NCBI GenBank assembly: GCA_052327205.1 | Contig: CM126215.1 | Span: 11,532,001 to 11,596,000, forward strand | DNA: 64,000 nt | Source of the DNA: Somniosus microcephalus | Taxonomy: Eukaryota | Direction of reading: 5' to 3' | In this document: positions 13,376-25,769 of the stretch, piece after piece | Layout of the letters: the number at the start of each line of letters is the position of its first letter | Position numbering within the stretch: position 1 is the stretch's first letter | Made by a program: the position numbers and the translations under genes | The notes under the pieces: generated by a model | Seen by the model: the letters and a program-made list of their open reading frames with translations, nothing else | Databases searched by the model: none | Told to the model about the DNA's origin: nothing

Positions 13376-13473
13376 AAGGTCACCACTGCCCTCAACTTAA
13401 TGTCACAAAGCCTACCAGCTACGAACAGGGTCAACTCAGAACTCAGCCACCTAGTTTGCCTTTTGGACATTTG

Positions 13474-13935
13474 GGGGGGAAAATTGAGTCGCGCCCCCTT
13501 TGGGGCGCTAACTTCACCCCAAAATTAGCACCCCCGCGACTGGAAGCGCCCCGCCTCCCTCTTGGGGCGCTGCGAGTGAATGTTGCGACACGCTCTGCGG
13601 CACGTCGCGCCGCGGTACTACAGGCCTTCCTCCCCTTATTAAAGGGGAGGGGCCTTGCGCAGCGCGACCCGGGGCCCAGCTGGACCACCAGGGATCGGAG
13701 TGCCGGCAAAAGAGACACTGGCATGCCGCGGGAGGCGGGGGGCGGAGAGGGGCTGACAAGGAGGCCGGGGATGGCAACGGGGGGCAGGTGCTTGCAGGCG
13801 GCCAGCAACAAAAATAGCCGCCCAGCACCGTGCCTCTAATTAGTGCCGCCCCGGCCACAGGTAGGCCCCCCTGACCCCGTCTGACATAGCGTCCGGCAGT
13901 GTCAGGGGGCGCAAGGCAACCTAAACTTTTCCCCC
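13474..13935. mobile_element. Harbinger-type MITE
   Basis: GGGGGGAAAATTGAG ... CTAAACTTTTCCCCC with TTG on both flanks; its left part recurs at 23500-23715 and, inverted, inside 7056-7723. Confidence 0.75.
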
Positions 13936-15754
13936 TTGATGCTTTCGGCACAGAGTGATTGCTGATCTGACTGCCAAGTAGCGGCCCCTGTGCTACTCCA
14001 TGCATGCTACTGCTGGAGGAAATCTCCTCGTGAGAGCCAACAATCCAACTGAGTGTAGAACAATGGGCATCCATCAGATTTTAGAATCTCTCCCTTATGA
14101 TTGCCTGTAGCCATTCTCCAAGCAAACTGAAGCTGGCATTGATTGTATCTTGGAGTATGGACATCATCAGCAAGAGTATTCATGAGATGCTCTTTCTGTA
14201 CTATGGCCTGCGCAATTGAGATCTCTCCTGGTGCCATCACTTGGTCAATTGTCAACAGTAATGCAGCCAACATTTCCTCCATGACATTCCTCATGTGGGA
14301 GACAGCAGTACATATCTGGGTGTTGGGACTCCTCCAATCTACCCAGACCACCTTCCAATGTACTGTGCAAGTTGGAACGTCCTTAGTCTGGTCCTAGTCC
14401 TGGGTCAGTTTCCTCTGGAAAGTATTTCAACTACTGTCTGTATTTCCATACAATGCAGCAGGGACACTCAGTAAGATGAACTTTTGCTCTGCGTCAGCCA
14501 GACCCTGGTCCACTACCCCTTCCTCACCAGTGCCTAATGACTCACCCTGTGATAACACTTAGTGCCACTTCTCCTGCAGTCTGCGTATCTGTGTTGGTGC
14601 CTGCTTCAAGTGAGGACACTGATCGTGCTGCTCTTGAGGGCTGGCTGGAGTATGATAATGCACTTCAGCAGTATGAGTAAAAACACACACTTCTCCATTT
14701 GGTCCTGTATTATCATTACATGAACTATTATGTACTCGTGCATAATCATTAGGTGTGGGCACACTGACATAAGATATAATAAAAATCATAGACTATCCCA
14801 ATAATGGTACTTACCACAAAGTCTGCACTCACTTCCAACTATCGCAGACAACTTTCTCTCTAAGTTCTGCTTCATGAACAGATCTACAATAACTTGCTTA
14901 TCAGTCACATATGGGGCTACACCAGCTGTTCTACACAGCCACCTCCCATTATATGTGTAAAGGCTACTATACCTGCATAAGAGCAGCAAGGATTGAGACT
15001 GAGTAATTTGTCTCCGGGAACTTTCTCATGCAGTACATTTCCACTCCCATTATGGCATGTACCATGAAATTTCCATAGCTCTATAATGTTTGTTCCTATT
15101 TACTGTACTTTCTATATGCTTGCTAACAGCTCTCTGTGCCAATATGGCATTTTTGGCAGATATTTTAACTTACTACTGTACTTCACGTCAATAATACATG
15201 TGCCTTAACTTACAGTATTCATGCCTTACCTTTGTGTTCTTCAAGTAGTACAACTTCTTGGTTCTTGCTAAGCTTGCACGCCGTTGACACTTTGCTGACT
15301 CTTTCAGTCATAGTCTCGAACACTAGTCTGCCTCCTAGACATATTGAGGGGCTGTCATCCCCTACTAAAATTGTGCTCACGTTTCTCTGTTACAGCAGTC
15401 AGCAACTTGTTCAGGCCTAGTATGAAAGCTGAGCTTTTCTTGTAAATTCTTGAGCCATTCCCAACAGATTCTTCACCTTCCTCAGATGAATTAACAAATC
15501 TAAACATTTACAATGACTTGAGTGGCTTGTTAGCTGCTGAAGCAGCACCAGTCAATCATTATAGAATTTTACAGTACAAAAGGAGACGGTCTTTTGGCCC
15601 ACTCTGTCCACATTAGCGCCTCCCACTTAGTTCCAGTCCCTGCCTTTTCTCAATACTGTACCACTTTAAATGTTTCTTTTTCAAATTTTTATCCACTTTT
15701 TAAAAGACATTATGGATTCTGTTGCCGCCATTGTTTGTGTTTTTTTTAAAAACC

Positions 15755-16430
15755 TGTTCTCAGAGTGTGGGCAATGCTGGGACGGCTACATTTATTGCCC
15801 ATCCCTAGTCATCCTGAGAAGGTGGTGGTGGGCTACTGTCTTGAACCGCTGCAGTCTTTGTGGTGATAGCACTCCCACAAAGAACGGCAATGCATGTCCA
15901 AGTCAGGACGATGTGTGACTTACAGGGGATGGTATTCCCATGACATTGCTACTCTTGTCCTTCTTGGTGGTAGAGGTTGCAGCGGATATACTGTCAAAGT
16001 ACCTTGCTGAGTTGCTGCAATGCATCTTGTGGACAGTACACACTGTAGCCACAGTGCATTGGTGATGGAGGGGGTGGATATTGAGTCTGGTGGCAAGGAT
16101 GCTGATCAAGTGAACTGCTCTGTCCTTGATGGTATCAAGATTCTTCAGCATTATTGTGGCTGCATCCACCCAGGTGAGTTGTGAGTATCCCATCACACTC
16201 TTGACCTCAGCCTTGTATACAGTAGAGAAGCTTTGAGTGAGCAGATGGTGAGCCACTTGTCGTAGAGTACCCAGTCTCTGTCATGCACTGCTCTGGTTGC
16301 CACAGTGCTGATATGGCAGTTCCAGTTCAGCTTGGTGACCCCCAAGACAAAGACTGTGGGGACTCAGCGATGGTGGTGCTGTTGAATGTCAGGGGAGATG
16401 GCTGAGTCAATTTCTTGTTGTAAACAGTTG
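15755..16430 (-). mobile_element. Degenerate CR1/L2-clade LINE 3' fragment
   Basis: ORF 15903-16256 (STVYKAEVKSVMGYS..LDTIKDRA..NIHPLHHQCTVA) is homologous to ORF 62776-63600. Confidence 0.8.
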
Positions 16431-17220
16431 CCTGTCACAATGTAGTTGCAACCCTCCCACCACTGGGTGCACTGTGGTGTGAGTTGCCCAGCTATGCCCA
16501 TTATTTATTTAAACACATTTTTCCTGTTGGGTGAGTTCAGCTTATATTTTTCTGGAATTTAATGCATCATTGCTTTTATCCGTGATTCTACCTTTTGCTA
16601 GTTCTTGCTGGCCGCACTCACAATAAATTTCTCCTGCTCTTCCTGTGTTTTTTAGGCTCCTGCCATTATCTCTTAACCCATTTCTCAGTCCCTGCAGTCC
16701 CTTAGCATCCTTAATTTGAAATTGATATCTGGAACCATTCCCCACCTCCTCCTACTTTTTCTTCAGCCCTACCTAGCCTTGGCACGCCCTCTGTTTTTCT
16801 TTGGCTATACTGGACATTTTACCCACCAGTAAGATCGTCGCCTGGGAGAGAGGTCTGTGCCACAGAAGACAGGCCACGTTGGAGGGATTCTCAGAAGAAA
16901 TCAGGCCACTACCAAAAACACACAGAAACTCAAAGAAATAGACCTTTAAAGACAGATGGATTAAAAATAGCCAGATTCACCTAAAGCATGAGGGGGACAA
17001 ACACATGAGTACAACATATGTCTGAGAAAAAGAGATAAACAATAGCAGAGAAAGACGGAGCGATTTGAAAAAAGAAACATGTCAAGGAGACAGAGCGCGA
17101 TATCAGAGACACAGAAGGTAAACAGATCACATGGGGGCATACACAGACAAGACACAAACAAGTCTATAGCTGAGTCCCTCCGACCCACTGTAAGCAACGC
17201 CAAGGACATCCAGTAATATA

Positions 17221-17836
17221 CAGGTAGACTATCCTTTATCCGAAAACGTCGGGACCAGCCGAGTTTCGGATAAAGGAGAATTTTGGATTTCGGAAGGTGG
17301 GTCGGCGGGGGGTCGTGCGCACGACTTACGCTGACGCTCAGCGTAAGTCAGTCGGGGTCGGCGGGGGTCGGGGCCGGCGGGGGTCGGCGGTTGTCGGGGC
17401 CGGCGGGGTCCGCGGGGGGGTCGGCGGTTGTCGGGGCTGGCGGGGTCGGCGGTTGTCGGGGCCGGCGGGGTCCGCGGGGGGGGTCGGCGGTTGTCGGGGC
17501 TGGCGGGGTCGGCGGTTGTCGGGGCCGGCGGGGGGGTCGGCGGTTGTCGGGTCCGCGGGGGGGTCGGCGGTTGTCGGGGCCGGCGGGGGGGTCGGCGGTT
17601 GTCGGGGTCGGCGGTTGTCGGGGCCGGGGGGGGTCGGCGATTGTCGGGGCTGGCGGTTGTCGGGGCCGGCGGGGGGTCGTGCGCACGACTTACCCTTTAT
17701 CCGAACTTCCGAAACCGGAACCCTCTAAAAACCGAAGGTTTTTTCATTCGTACGCACGACTTACGCTGAACGAAAAAACCTTCGGTTTTTAGAGGGTTTC
17801 GGTTTTCGGAAGTCCGGATAAAGGGTAGTCTACCTG
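17221..17836. mobile_element. TA-flanked MITE with an internal G-rich minisatellite
   Basis: TA|CAGGTAGACTATCCTTTATCCG ... CGGATAAAGGGTAGTCTACCTG|TA; 17345-17680 consists of GTCGGCGGTTGTCGGGGCCGGCGGGG variants. Confidence 0.9.
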
Positions 17837-17889
17837 TATATGAATTTGTGAATACTCATAAAAGATTGATATTAAAATCATAGGAGTAC

Positions 17890-18135
17890 CTTGGGAACCC
17901 CACCACCTCCAAGTTCCCCTCCAAGTCATACACCATCCTGACTTGGAAATGTATCGCCGTTCCTTCATCGTCGCTGGGTCAAAATCCTGGAACTCTCTCC
18001 CGACCAGCGCTGAGGGAGCACCTTCACCACACGGACTGCAGCGGCTCAAAAGGGCGGCTCACCACTGCCTTCTCCAGGGCAGTTAGGGACGGGCAATAAA
18101 TGCCGGGCTTGCCAGCACCGTGAATGAATAAATTA
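17890..18135 (+). mobile_element. LINE (CR1/L2-clade) 3' end
   Basis: Matches the reverse complement of 62715-62960; ends in a TGAATGAATAAA-type tail. Confidence 0.75.
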
Positions 18136-18142
18136 AATAAAA

Positions 18143-18345
18143 GTAGATTTTCGTCTCCACCATCTAAATGGTAATCTGGCAGAGTGAGTCACCCACCTGT
18201 TATAGAACTCATCTGACTTTCATCCCAGAATTGATTCCAAATTCATTGAAATAAATGGGAGGATAATCGGGCAGTTTCTATAAACAGGCAGGCGATCCAT
18301 TCAACCAGATCGCAGCACATGTAGTGAAGATGAAAATTTACCCCA
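18143..18345. mobile_element. Old palindromic MITE of about 200 bp
   Basis: GTAGATTTTCGTCT ... AGATGAAAATTTAC termini and internal inverted arms CCTGTTATAGAA / TTCTATAAACAGG. Confidence 0.55.
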
Positions 18346-18449
18346 TAGTGTCTGAAAAATTGTATCAGTTATTGCCCTAAAAAGATCAAAAACGTGTTCC
18401 ATTGAATTTTAACTAAAACAAAAAGCTAACAAAAACTGAATTTTATTCA

Positions 18450-18735
18450 ATAAAAACAGAAAACTCTGCAAAACTGATGAAGGGTGCACACCCAAAACAT
18501 CATAACCTGTCTATAATAGCAAAATACTGCGGATGCTGGAAATCTGATGAAGGGTCCCAGACCTGAAACATTAACTCTGTTTCTTTCTCCACGGATGCTG
18601 CCTGGCCTGCTGAGTATTTCCAGCATTTTCTATTGTTATATCATAGCCTGTCTTTTCTCTTTACAGTTATGTATTTCCAAGATTTTCTGTTTTTATTTCA
18701 GAATTCCAACATTTGCAGTGTTTCCTTGTTGCTTT
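18450..18735 (+). mobile_element. Short Penelope terminal repeat (about 18512-18640) inserted in an older Penelope terminal repeat
   Basis: The inner copy is flanked by ATCATAACCTGTCT / ATCATAGCCTGTCT; both copies contain CTGATGA-AGGGT..CC-(G/A)AAAC cores (18474 and 18544). Confidence 0.7.
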
Positions 18736-19539
18736 ACTGAATTTTGTTCAATTACCTGCTTGACAGAATGTGTTAACTTATACAGCAGCCGCATTATTTT
18801 TTCCAAACTGACAGATACTAAACACTGAAATATTGCTTATGCACCTTTATTGAATTATATATTAGCATATTATAGAATAATTTTGATGCGATTTTCCTTG
18901 CGTGCTGCATTTTACAGCGAAGCAATTAAGCTTTTTGGAGACTGCAATGCCAACTAGTGCAAGTCATATTTCACCTCTAACTCCTATGCGAATGGCCGCA
19001 TGCCAAATTTTATGTACAGTGTTATGTAACGCCTCCCCCTCACCTGTATAGTGCAGTTCGCCCAAATAAAACAGACACATGATTATTCGGGTGACCTGCA
19101 AAGCTGAAGTTTTCAGCGTTGACTGAAAAGTTTGTTTTTTTGTTTTGGCTCATTGCATCGACTCTTATTTCCATTCAGGATGGAGGTTCCTTTGGGGTGG
19201 CATGCATATACTTGGAGGTGGAAGAGCAGCTTGAGTGGACAAGAAAAGCAGGTGTGACCACAACCTGTGCCGGCTGGTGACCTCTTTGACAAGTGAGGCA
19301 CAGCGCTCCACGCCTAACCAAGCCAGTGTGTCACCATGGTTCCTGTGGAATCCCACCACTGACCATATAAGTTATATATTATCCTTTTCTGATGGCATTG
19401 TTCAGTGGTTGTTTGCTTTTAAACCTTTACATCCAGGACTGGACTTTAAAAAAAAGCAACTAAAACTTTGTAGAAGACTCTTCTATTTTTTTCACTTTTT
19501 GTTTAAATTCTAAGTGCATTCCGCCATCACCTAATCGAA

Positions 19540-19853
19540 CATACATACGAACATACAAATTCGGAGCAGGAGTAGGCCACTCGGCCCTTCGAGCCTGCTC
19601 CACCATTCAATAAGATCATGGCTGATCCGATTACTCCACATTCCCGCCTACCCCCCCCCCCGATAACTTTTCACCTCCTTGCTTACCAAGAATCTATCTA
19701 CCTCTGCCTTAAAAATATTCAAAGATTCTGCTTCCACCGCCCTCTGAGGAAGAGAGTTCCAAAGACTCACGACCCTCTGTGAGAAAGAATTTCTCCTCAT
19801 CTCTGTCTTAAATGGGTGACCCTTATTTTTAAACAGTGACCCCTAGTTCTAGA
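19540..19853 (-). mobile_element. CR1 LINE 3' fragment
   Basis: Reverse complement of the CR1 3' UTR (GGAGCAGGAGTAGGCCA..GCCC.TCGAGCCTGCTCC) plus the ORF2 end. Confidence 0.8.
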
Positions 19854-19976
19854 ACTAATCTAAATGCCAGTCTATGTATCAAATTTCTGCTGTACATTTT
19901 TTGCATCAGCTAAGATCTAGAAATTAAAAAGGTATCAGACTCTGAGCAGTGGAACTGTTAACACACACAAATTCTG

Positions 19977-20360
19977 GAGCATGGTGGCATAGTGGTTAGC
20001 ACTGTTGCCTCACAGCGCCAGGGACCCGGGTTCAAATCCGGCCTCGGGTGACTGTCTGTGTGGAGTTTGCACATTCTCCCCGTGTTTGCGTGGGTTTCCT
20101 CCGGGTGCTCCGGTTTCCTCCCACAGTCCAAAGATGTGCGGGTTAGGTTGATTGGCCATGATAAAAATTGGCCCTTAGTGTTAGGGGGGATTAAATACGT
20201 GAGGTTACGGGGTTACGGGGATAGGGCTTGGGTGGGATGGCCGTCGGTGTAGGGACCGGGTGTTAGGGTTTGGATGATCAGCCATGATCTCGTTGAATGG
20301 CGGAGCAGGCTCGAAGGGCTGAATGGCCTACTCCTGCTCCTATCTTCTATGTTTCTATGT
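19977..20360 (+). mobile_element. HE1-type V-SINE (tRNA head, V-domain, CR1-derived tail)
   Basis: A box TGGCATAGTGG, B box GGTTCAAATCC, V-domain GTGGAGTTTGCACATTCTCCCCGTG..GGGTTTCCTCCGGGTGCTCCGGTTTCCTCCCACAGTCCAAAGA; tail closely similar to the CR1 3' end at 21650-21738. Confidence 0.9.
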
Positions 20361-21135
20361 AAACCTTTCAAGAACATGGAGACTGCCTACAAAATACACT
20401 TCTTAGTATTGCTCAACCCATATCTGTCTGTATCCAGTACATCACTATTGCAGTACAGCAAAGGCCTTGGTGTACGGGAGATTCTGCAAGCAGTTCTTTT
20501 GCATTTGTGAACAACATACAAGATGAAGCTTTTTTGTTTAATAAGCAATCCCCTTTTGCCTCTAGCACCCAACCTGTCTCTCCATCACAGGTTTTCTGGT
20601 CTCTCCCTATCTGATCGATACTACTCTGGTCAATGCTCCTCCAAACTTTCCTATCTTGCTTTTCTCGAGCGGCAAATACATTATCCCACACGTTCTCCTT
20701 CCTTCTACATCTCAGTATAGTGAAATCAATACTCATTGCATTCTTCGACTCTAAGGCAATCTTTCACAATGACTCAAAATGGTGAAACTCCTTACTTTCC
20801 CCCATCTTTCTTTCCTCCTACAATCTTCCGGCTTTTAAAACCAAAACTGGTTATCACTAATCACTACTCCCTAATTTACCTGGTCTCTTTTATTCCTAAC
20901 AACTCTGGTGGTCTCCTGCCCTATGGGCTTTGGTCCTTCATCTTAGTTTCTCAATAAGAACATAAAATGCTACACACAAGACTGAAAGAAATTCGTTCCC
21001 AGGAGGACAGGGAGAGGTCAGCCTAAGATAACAAAAGCTGCTATTGGAGCAGCTGAAAGGTAATTAGAGAAGACAGTGGCTAACTACAGTAGCAATAGCA
21101 ACATTTTTTTCAGCTATGCTTGAAGTTAGGGGACC

Positions 21136-21738
21136 ATGATGCTCTTGCTGCAGTTGTACAGGGCCTTGGTGAGACCACATCTTGAGTATTGTGTGCAGTT
21201 TTGGTCACCTTATCTGAGGAAGGATGTTCTTACCATGGAAGGAGTTCAGCAAAGATTCACCAGGCTGATACCTGGGATGGCAGGAATGACGTATGAGGAG
21301 AGATTGGGTCGATTGGGCTTGTACTCGCTGGAGTTTAGAAGAATGAGAGGGGATCTCATTGAAACTTATAAAATTCTGACAGGACTGGACTGACTAGATG
21401 CAGGAAGGATGTTCCCGATGGTCAGGGGAGTCCAGAACCCACAGTCTAAGGATAAGGGGTTACAGTCATTTAGGACAGAAATGAGGAGGAATTTCTTCAC
21501 CCAGAGAGTGGTGAACCTGTGGAATTCTCTACCACAGAAGGCAGTAGAGGCCAATTCATTAAATATATTCAAGAAGGAGTTGGATATATTTCTTAAGGCT
21601 AAAGGGATCAAGGGATATGGGGAGAAGGCAGGGACAGGGGACTGAATTTGGATGATCAGCCATGATCTCATTGAATGGCGGAGCAGGCTCGAGGGGCCGA
21701 ATGGCCTACTCCTGCTCCTATCTTCTATGTTTCTATGT
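21136..21738 (+). mobile_element. CR1 LINE, 5'-truncated
   Basis: ORFs 21136-21393 (LYRALVRPHLEYCVQFWSP) and 21409-21645 (RRNFFTQRVVNLWNSLP); TTCTATGT tail. Confidence 0.92.
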
Positions 21739-21829
21739 CAATGAAGGACTGCACAGGGCCATTAATGAATTCTTCAAGTGGATTCCCAGGACATGGCAGA
21801 GGTTTTAAGTTGATACTTTGCAGCAGTCT

Positions 21830-22520
21830 TCACTTCAGAAGATGATGCCCCGTCACCAATAATTCATCATAAGTGTCAAAGTGGATGTGGATATAATTCT
21901 GAATAAAACCTCTCAAAACTGCTTGGGCTGCTGGTCTTGTTGACATTCACTGAGGGTGCTTGAAGAAATAGGAGCCCCTTGCACATAGCTCATTAGAGTT
22001 TGGGATTGTTCCCATGGACTGAAGGGAAATACGTGTGGAGCCAATATTCAAAAGGGTCAACATCAGAACCGTGAAATTACAGGCTCATTAGCTTGACTTT
22101 GGTTCTAGGCAAAATGCTAGAAGGGATCATTAGAAGCACACTGTAGGGCCACAGGTTGGTAGAGACTCTAAACATGTCATCTAGGAAAGGTCGTATCCTC
22201 CAAATCTGGATGAACTTTTGCATTATTACTAGCTTGGTGGATGAGGATAGCCCCGTTGACATTAAATACCTAGATTTTCAAAGAGCATTTGACAAGGTGT
22301 CACAAAATAGGCTACTTTATGAAATAACGACCTGTGGGATTGGAGGGCAGATCCTGTGTTGGGTAAGGAATTGGTTGCATTCCCATAGGCAGAAGGTTGT
22401 TATTAATGGCAGGGGTTCTACGTGGGAATTGGCTACTAGTTCACAGTTTTTATTAATGCTCTGGATGAAAGCATTGGTAGAACTGTCTGCAAGTTTGCAA
22501 ATGATACAAATAGAGTATTA
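21830..22520 (+). mobile_element. Old CR1 reverse-transcriptase fragment
   Basis: VDIKYLDFQRAFDKV..WVRNWL..QKVVING motif in ORF 22156-22521. Confidence 0.75.
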
Positions 22521-23499
22521 GGATGTATTGCTAGGATAATCCAAAACAAAACAAAAACACGATGCAATCCTTGTATAGGCGACTCAACAAGATTGCAGGT
22601 TATAACTCTCAGTATACGTCTATGTCTACAACTTGCATAATTTTACTCATGATTGACAGCAAGACCAGCAATTCACAGAACGTGTCGGGACTTTCTCTTT
22701 GCAAGCCCCAGAATTTCTGTGCATTGACAGAAAATTACTAAGGACTAAGCATCAAAAGCCCCATGGAATCTATTTTTAGGTGCAGAAAAAGCATCTGAAT
22801 GTTGTATGTGTAAAACATCAAAACAAGGTAAAGCCTGAATTCTTCAACTTTTTCAACCTTTCTGGAAAAAATGCTAGTTATCTACATTCAAAGGGTTATT
22901 TAGAATAATAGAATGGTTACAGTGTAGAAGGAGGCCAGTTAAGCCCGTGCTGGAAATATACAAATGTATCGTGATTATAATAGATGTGACTTTTATTTTA
23001 TTCAGTCACAAGATGTGGGCATTTCCCTTAACTGAGTACATTAATGTAACCAGGTGGATTTTTATAACAACCTGGTAGTTTCATGGTCACCATTACTAAC
23101 ACTAGCGTTTTTTAATTCCAAAATTAACTAACTGAATTTAAATTCTCTAGCTGTCATGGTGGGGATTTGAATTCCTGTCTCACAGATCATTCTGCCGAGG
23201 TCTCAGGATTACTAGTCCAGTAACACAACCACTACGCTACCGTGTCTCTGTTGCACCTGTGACAAATAAAACTTGGCACTTTGAAATTTTGTCATGCTCA
23301 ATTTTTATCATGTTTTGCAATGTATTCTAAATGATTACAACAGCTGCACTTTCATTTAGATCGGTCGGACAGAGTGCTCATTTGGTGCACAAGGTAAAGA
23401 GCTGCTTAACATATGAGATATGCCCAGATTTGAGCAGAACAAATTAATTTTATTTACCTATTATCTACTTTGTCAGCTTGGCCCAGTTAGTAGCACTCT

Positions 23500-25478
23500 G
23501 GGCTAAAGATTGAGTAGCTCCTCCTTTTAGCGCTCCCGCGCTGGAAATTGAGTGGTTGCGCCCCAAGAGGGAAGCGGGGCGCTACGGGAAGTGTCCCACA
23601 TCCCTCTTGGGGTGCTGCGAGTCAATATCGCGGTGCCACGTGCCGCGGTATTGCAGGCCTTCCTCCCCTTCTTAAAGGGGAGGGGCCTTGCGCAGCACGA
23701 CCTGGGGCCCAGCTGGATAACATTCCTCTCTCAACCATCATCACCAAAAAGAGATTATCTTGTTATTTATTCATTTGCTGTTGGAGGGACTTTGCTGTAT
23801 GGCTGCTGCATGTGGCTACATAACAACAGCGACCGCACTTCAAAAAATAATGGCCTGGAATTTGCGGTGCCGAAACCTTCTGAAAGGCCCCGCAAATTCC
23901 GGTTTCCGCATGCGGGTTTCCGGGTTCGCCTTGACAGAGCTACCACACCGACTCAAAAAACAATTTCGCCAGCACAGAGTTGGGTTATTTGCCCAACTAC
24001 TGCCCAGCAAATGCCCACGCCGCTGTTACGCCTGGTAAAAGAGGGCAGAGGGCCTGCTTTCACCAGCGTACGGGTTAATATACCTCTTAAATAAAAAATA
24101 AAAAATCAGGCACAAACACTTAGGGGGGAATTTTAACCTTAAATTATGGGTAGGCGTGGAGCATGGGGGTAGTTAAATTGTTAAATACGGGACTCCCGAC
24201 CTGATCCTGCCTCCAACCCGCCCACTTCTGGTTTTAACGGGGGCGGTCGACCGACCCGCTCCCAGGGGGCGGAACATCAATTTTAATATTATAGTGAGGC
24301 TGGTCATCACTTTTTTAACCTCTGACATGAATCAGTCATTCCTGAAAGAAAGACTTATTAAATAATACTGAGCGGCCTACGGGTGGCGCTGTCCAGGGAG
24401 AGTATAAATACTCAGGCACGGGCCCAACTTGCGCAGGACATTCTTAACAGGAACTAGTGAAGGACACAACCAGACCGCCATGTTGTAAATCAGTTGATTA
24501 AAGCTTTGTTTAACGCTTAGACCAAGTGCCTAGTAGTTTTCTTACGTCAACCTCCATTATGTTTTTAACTGCACGTGGGTGCGTTTCACACATTTCGTGA
24601 AACCCGGCAGTTACAGCAAGGTGGGGACTGCCGGATCCAGGAGGCAAGTGCCTTTTTATCTACCTCCTGATTCCAGGGTCCCTGCCTAACCAACCATCAT
24701 GCGACCGGAGACCTCCCCGTGAGGCCTCCGATCACCGCCCCCCCCACCCCAGGCATTCCCCCCTGTCCCAGCGATGATGTTGAGGCCGATCCATTTAATG
24801 GCCCGGCCTGACCCCTGATCCTCTACCCACCGCCCCCAGATCCATCCATTTAATGGCCAGGCTCCCCCACGAGAACCCTCCCTCCCTCCTCTGCACGACT
24901 GCAGGCCTACCCACCCGCAGCCAGCCAGCCAGCCTCTCAATCTGGCCGGCTGCGGGCATGAACTGAGGCCTCGCATGCAAATCAGGCCCTGCCGTTAAAG
25001 TTGTCAGGGCCTGCGGGAAACCCGGCCTCCTCAACTGCCTTCCATCTCAAAATTCCGGCTACAAAATTAGTTTATGCAAATTTTGGCCCACATTAAAGTA
25101 TTTAAAATTATTTTTCCTCCCTGCGTGCTCTGACTCCCTCCATAAGCAGACGGAGGGAGTCATGGGAGAGCCTGGGTGCAGCCGTACACCTCTGTGCAGT
25201 GATTGTCAATGTTTGCAGCACCTTAACACTGACAGCACAAATGTCAAAATCAATTTGTACATGGTCCCTTTAAGGAAACCGGTTGATGACGCGTCATGAA
25301 TGACGTCACCAGACTTGCTTCCTCTAATTGGCCCAGGAAACGCGCTGGGCGGGCTTAACAAGCCCCATCAACGTAAATTGATTTTCCAGAGCAGGCTGGG
25401 GCCAGCAGTGGGGCCTCGATCCGCCATCAACAGCGCACCCTCCCCCGGACCCGTCAAGGTGAGGAAAATCCAGCCCCT
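23500..25478. mobile_element. Nest of Harbinger MITE fragments with a Deu-SINE piece and a solo LTR
   Basis: 23500-23715 resembles 13474; about 23720-23850 is a Deu-SINE fragment; 23852-24095 resembles 2727; about 24123-25060 is a further MITE; about 25120-25478 is the inverted left end of the 54946 family. Confidence 0.65.
24323..24549 (+). mobile_element. Solo LTR, 227 bp
   Basis: TGACA...CGTCA termini, 5-bp TSD ACCTC, TATAAATA box and ATTAAA signal. Confidence 0.85.
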
Positions 25479-25489
25479 TATCTTCCTAA

Positions 25490-25720
25490 TCAGATGGATA
25501 TAAAAGATCCACTCGAAGAGCAGAGGAGAACTTGCTAGCACCACCACAAACAGATTAACTGGTCACTCAACTCCTTGCTGTTTCTGGGGCCTTGCTGTAT
25601 GCAAACTGGCTTCCAGGTTTGCCTATGTAACAACAGTGACTACAGTTCAAAAGTAATCCATTGGCTATGAAGGGATTTGGGATGTCCTGAGGATTTGAAA
25701 AGTGCATTATAAATGCTAAT
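25490..25720 (+). mobile_element. Deu-domain SINE (SacSINE/AmnSINE-like) fragment
   Basis: GATGGATATAAAAGATCC..TTGCTGTTTCTGGG..TTGCTGTATGCAAACTGGCT..ACAACAGTGACTACA.TTCAAAAGTA..TTTGGGATGTCCTGAGG..TATAAATGC. Confidence 0.7.
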
Positions 25721-25769
25721 GCTTTTTTAAAAACTTTATTTGAGCATATCTGAGATCAGAGTAGGGGCA

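Noticed and set aside
13990-15000. Possible gag/SCAN-like remnant (ORFs 14007-14351, 14786-14989)
   Set aside because: The similarity is too faint to support by eye; a profile search would be needed.
17283-17792. Gly/Arg-rich ORFs in several frames
   Set aside because: Artefact of an A-poor repeat that cannot form stop codons.
19977-20050. tRNA gene
   Set aside because: The A and B boxes are the head of an HE1-type SINE, followed by the V-domain and tail.
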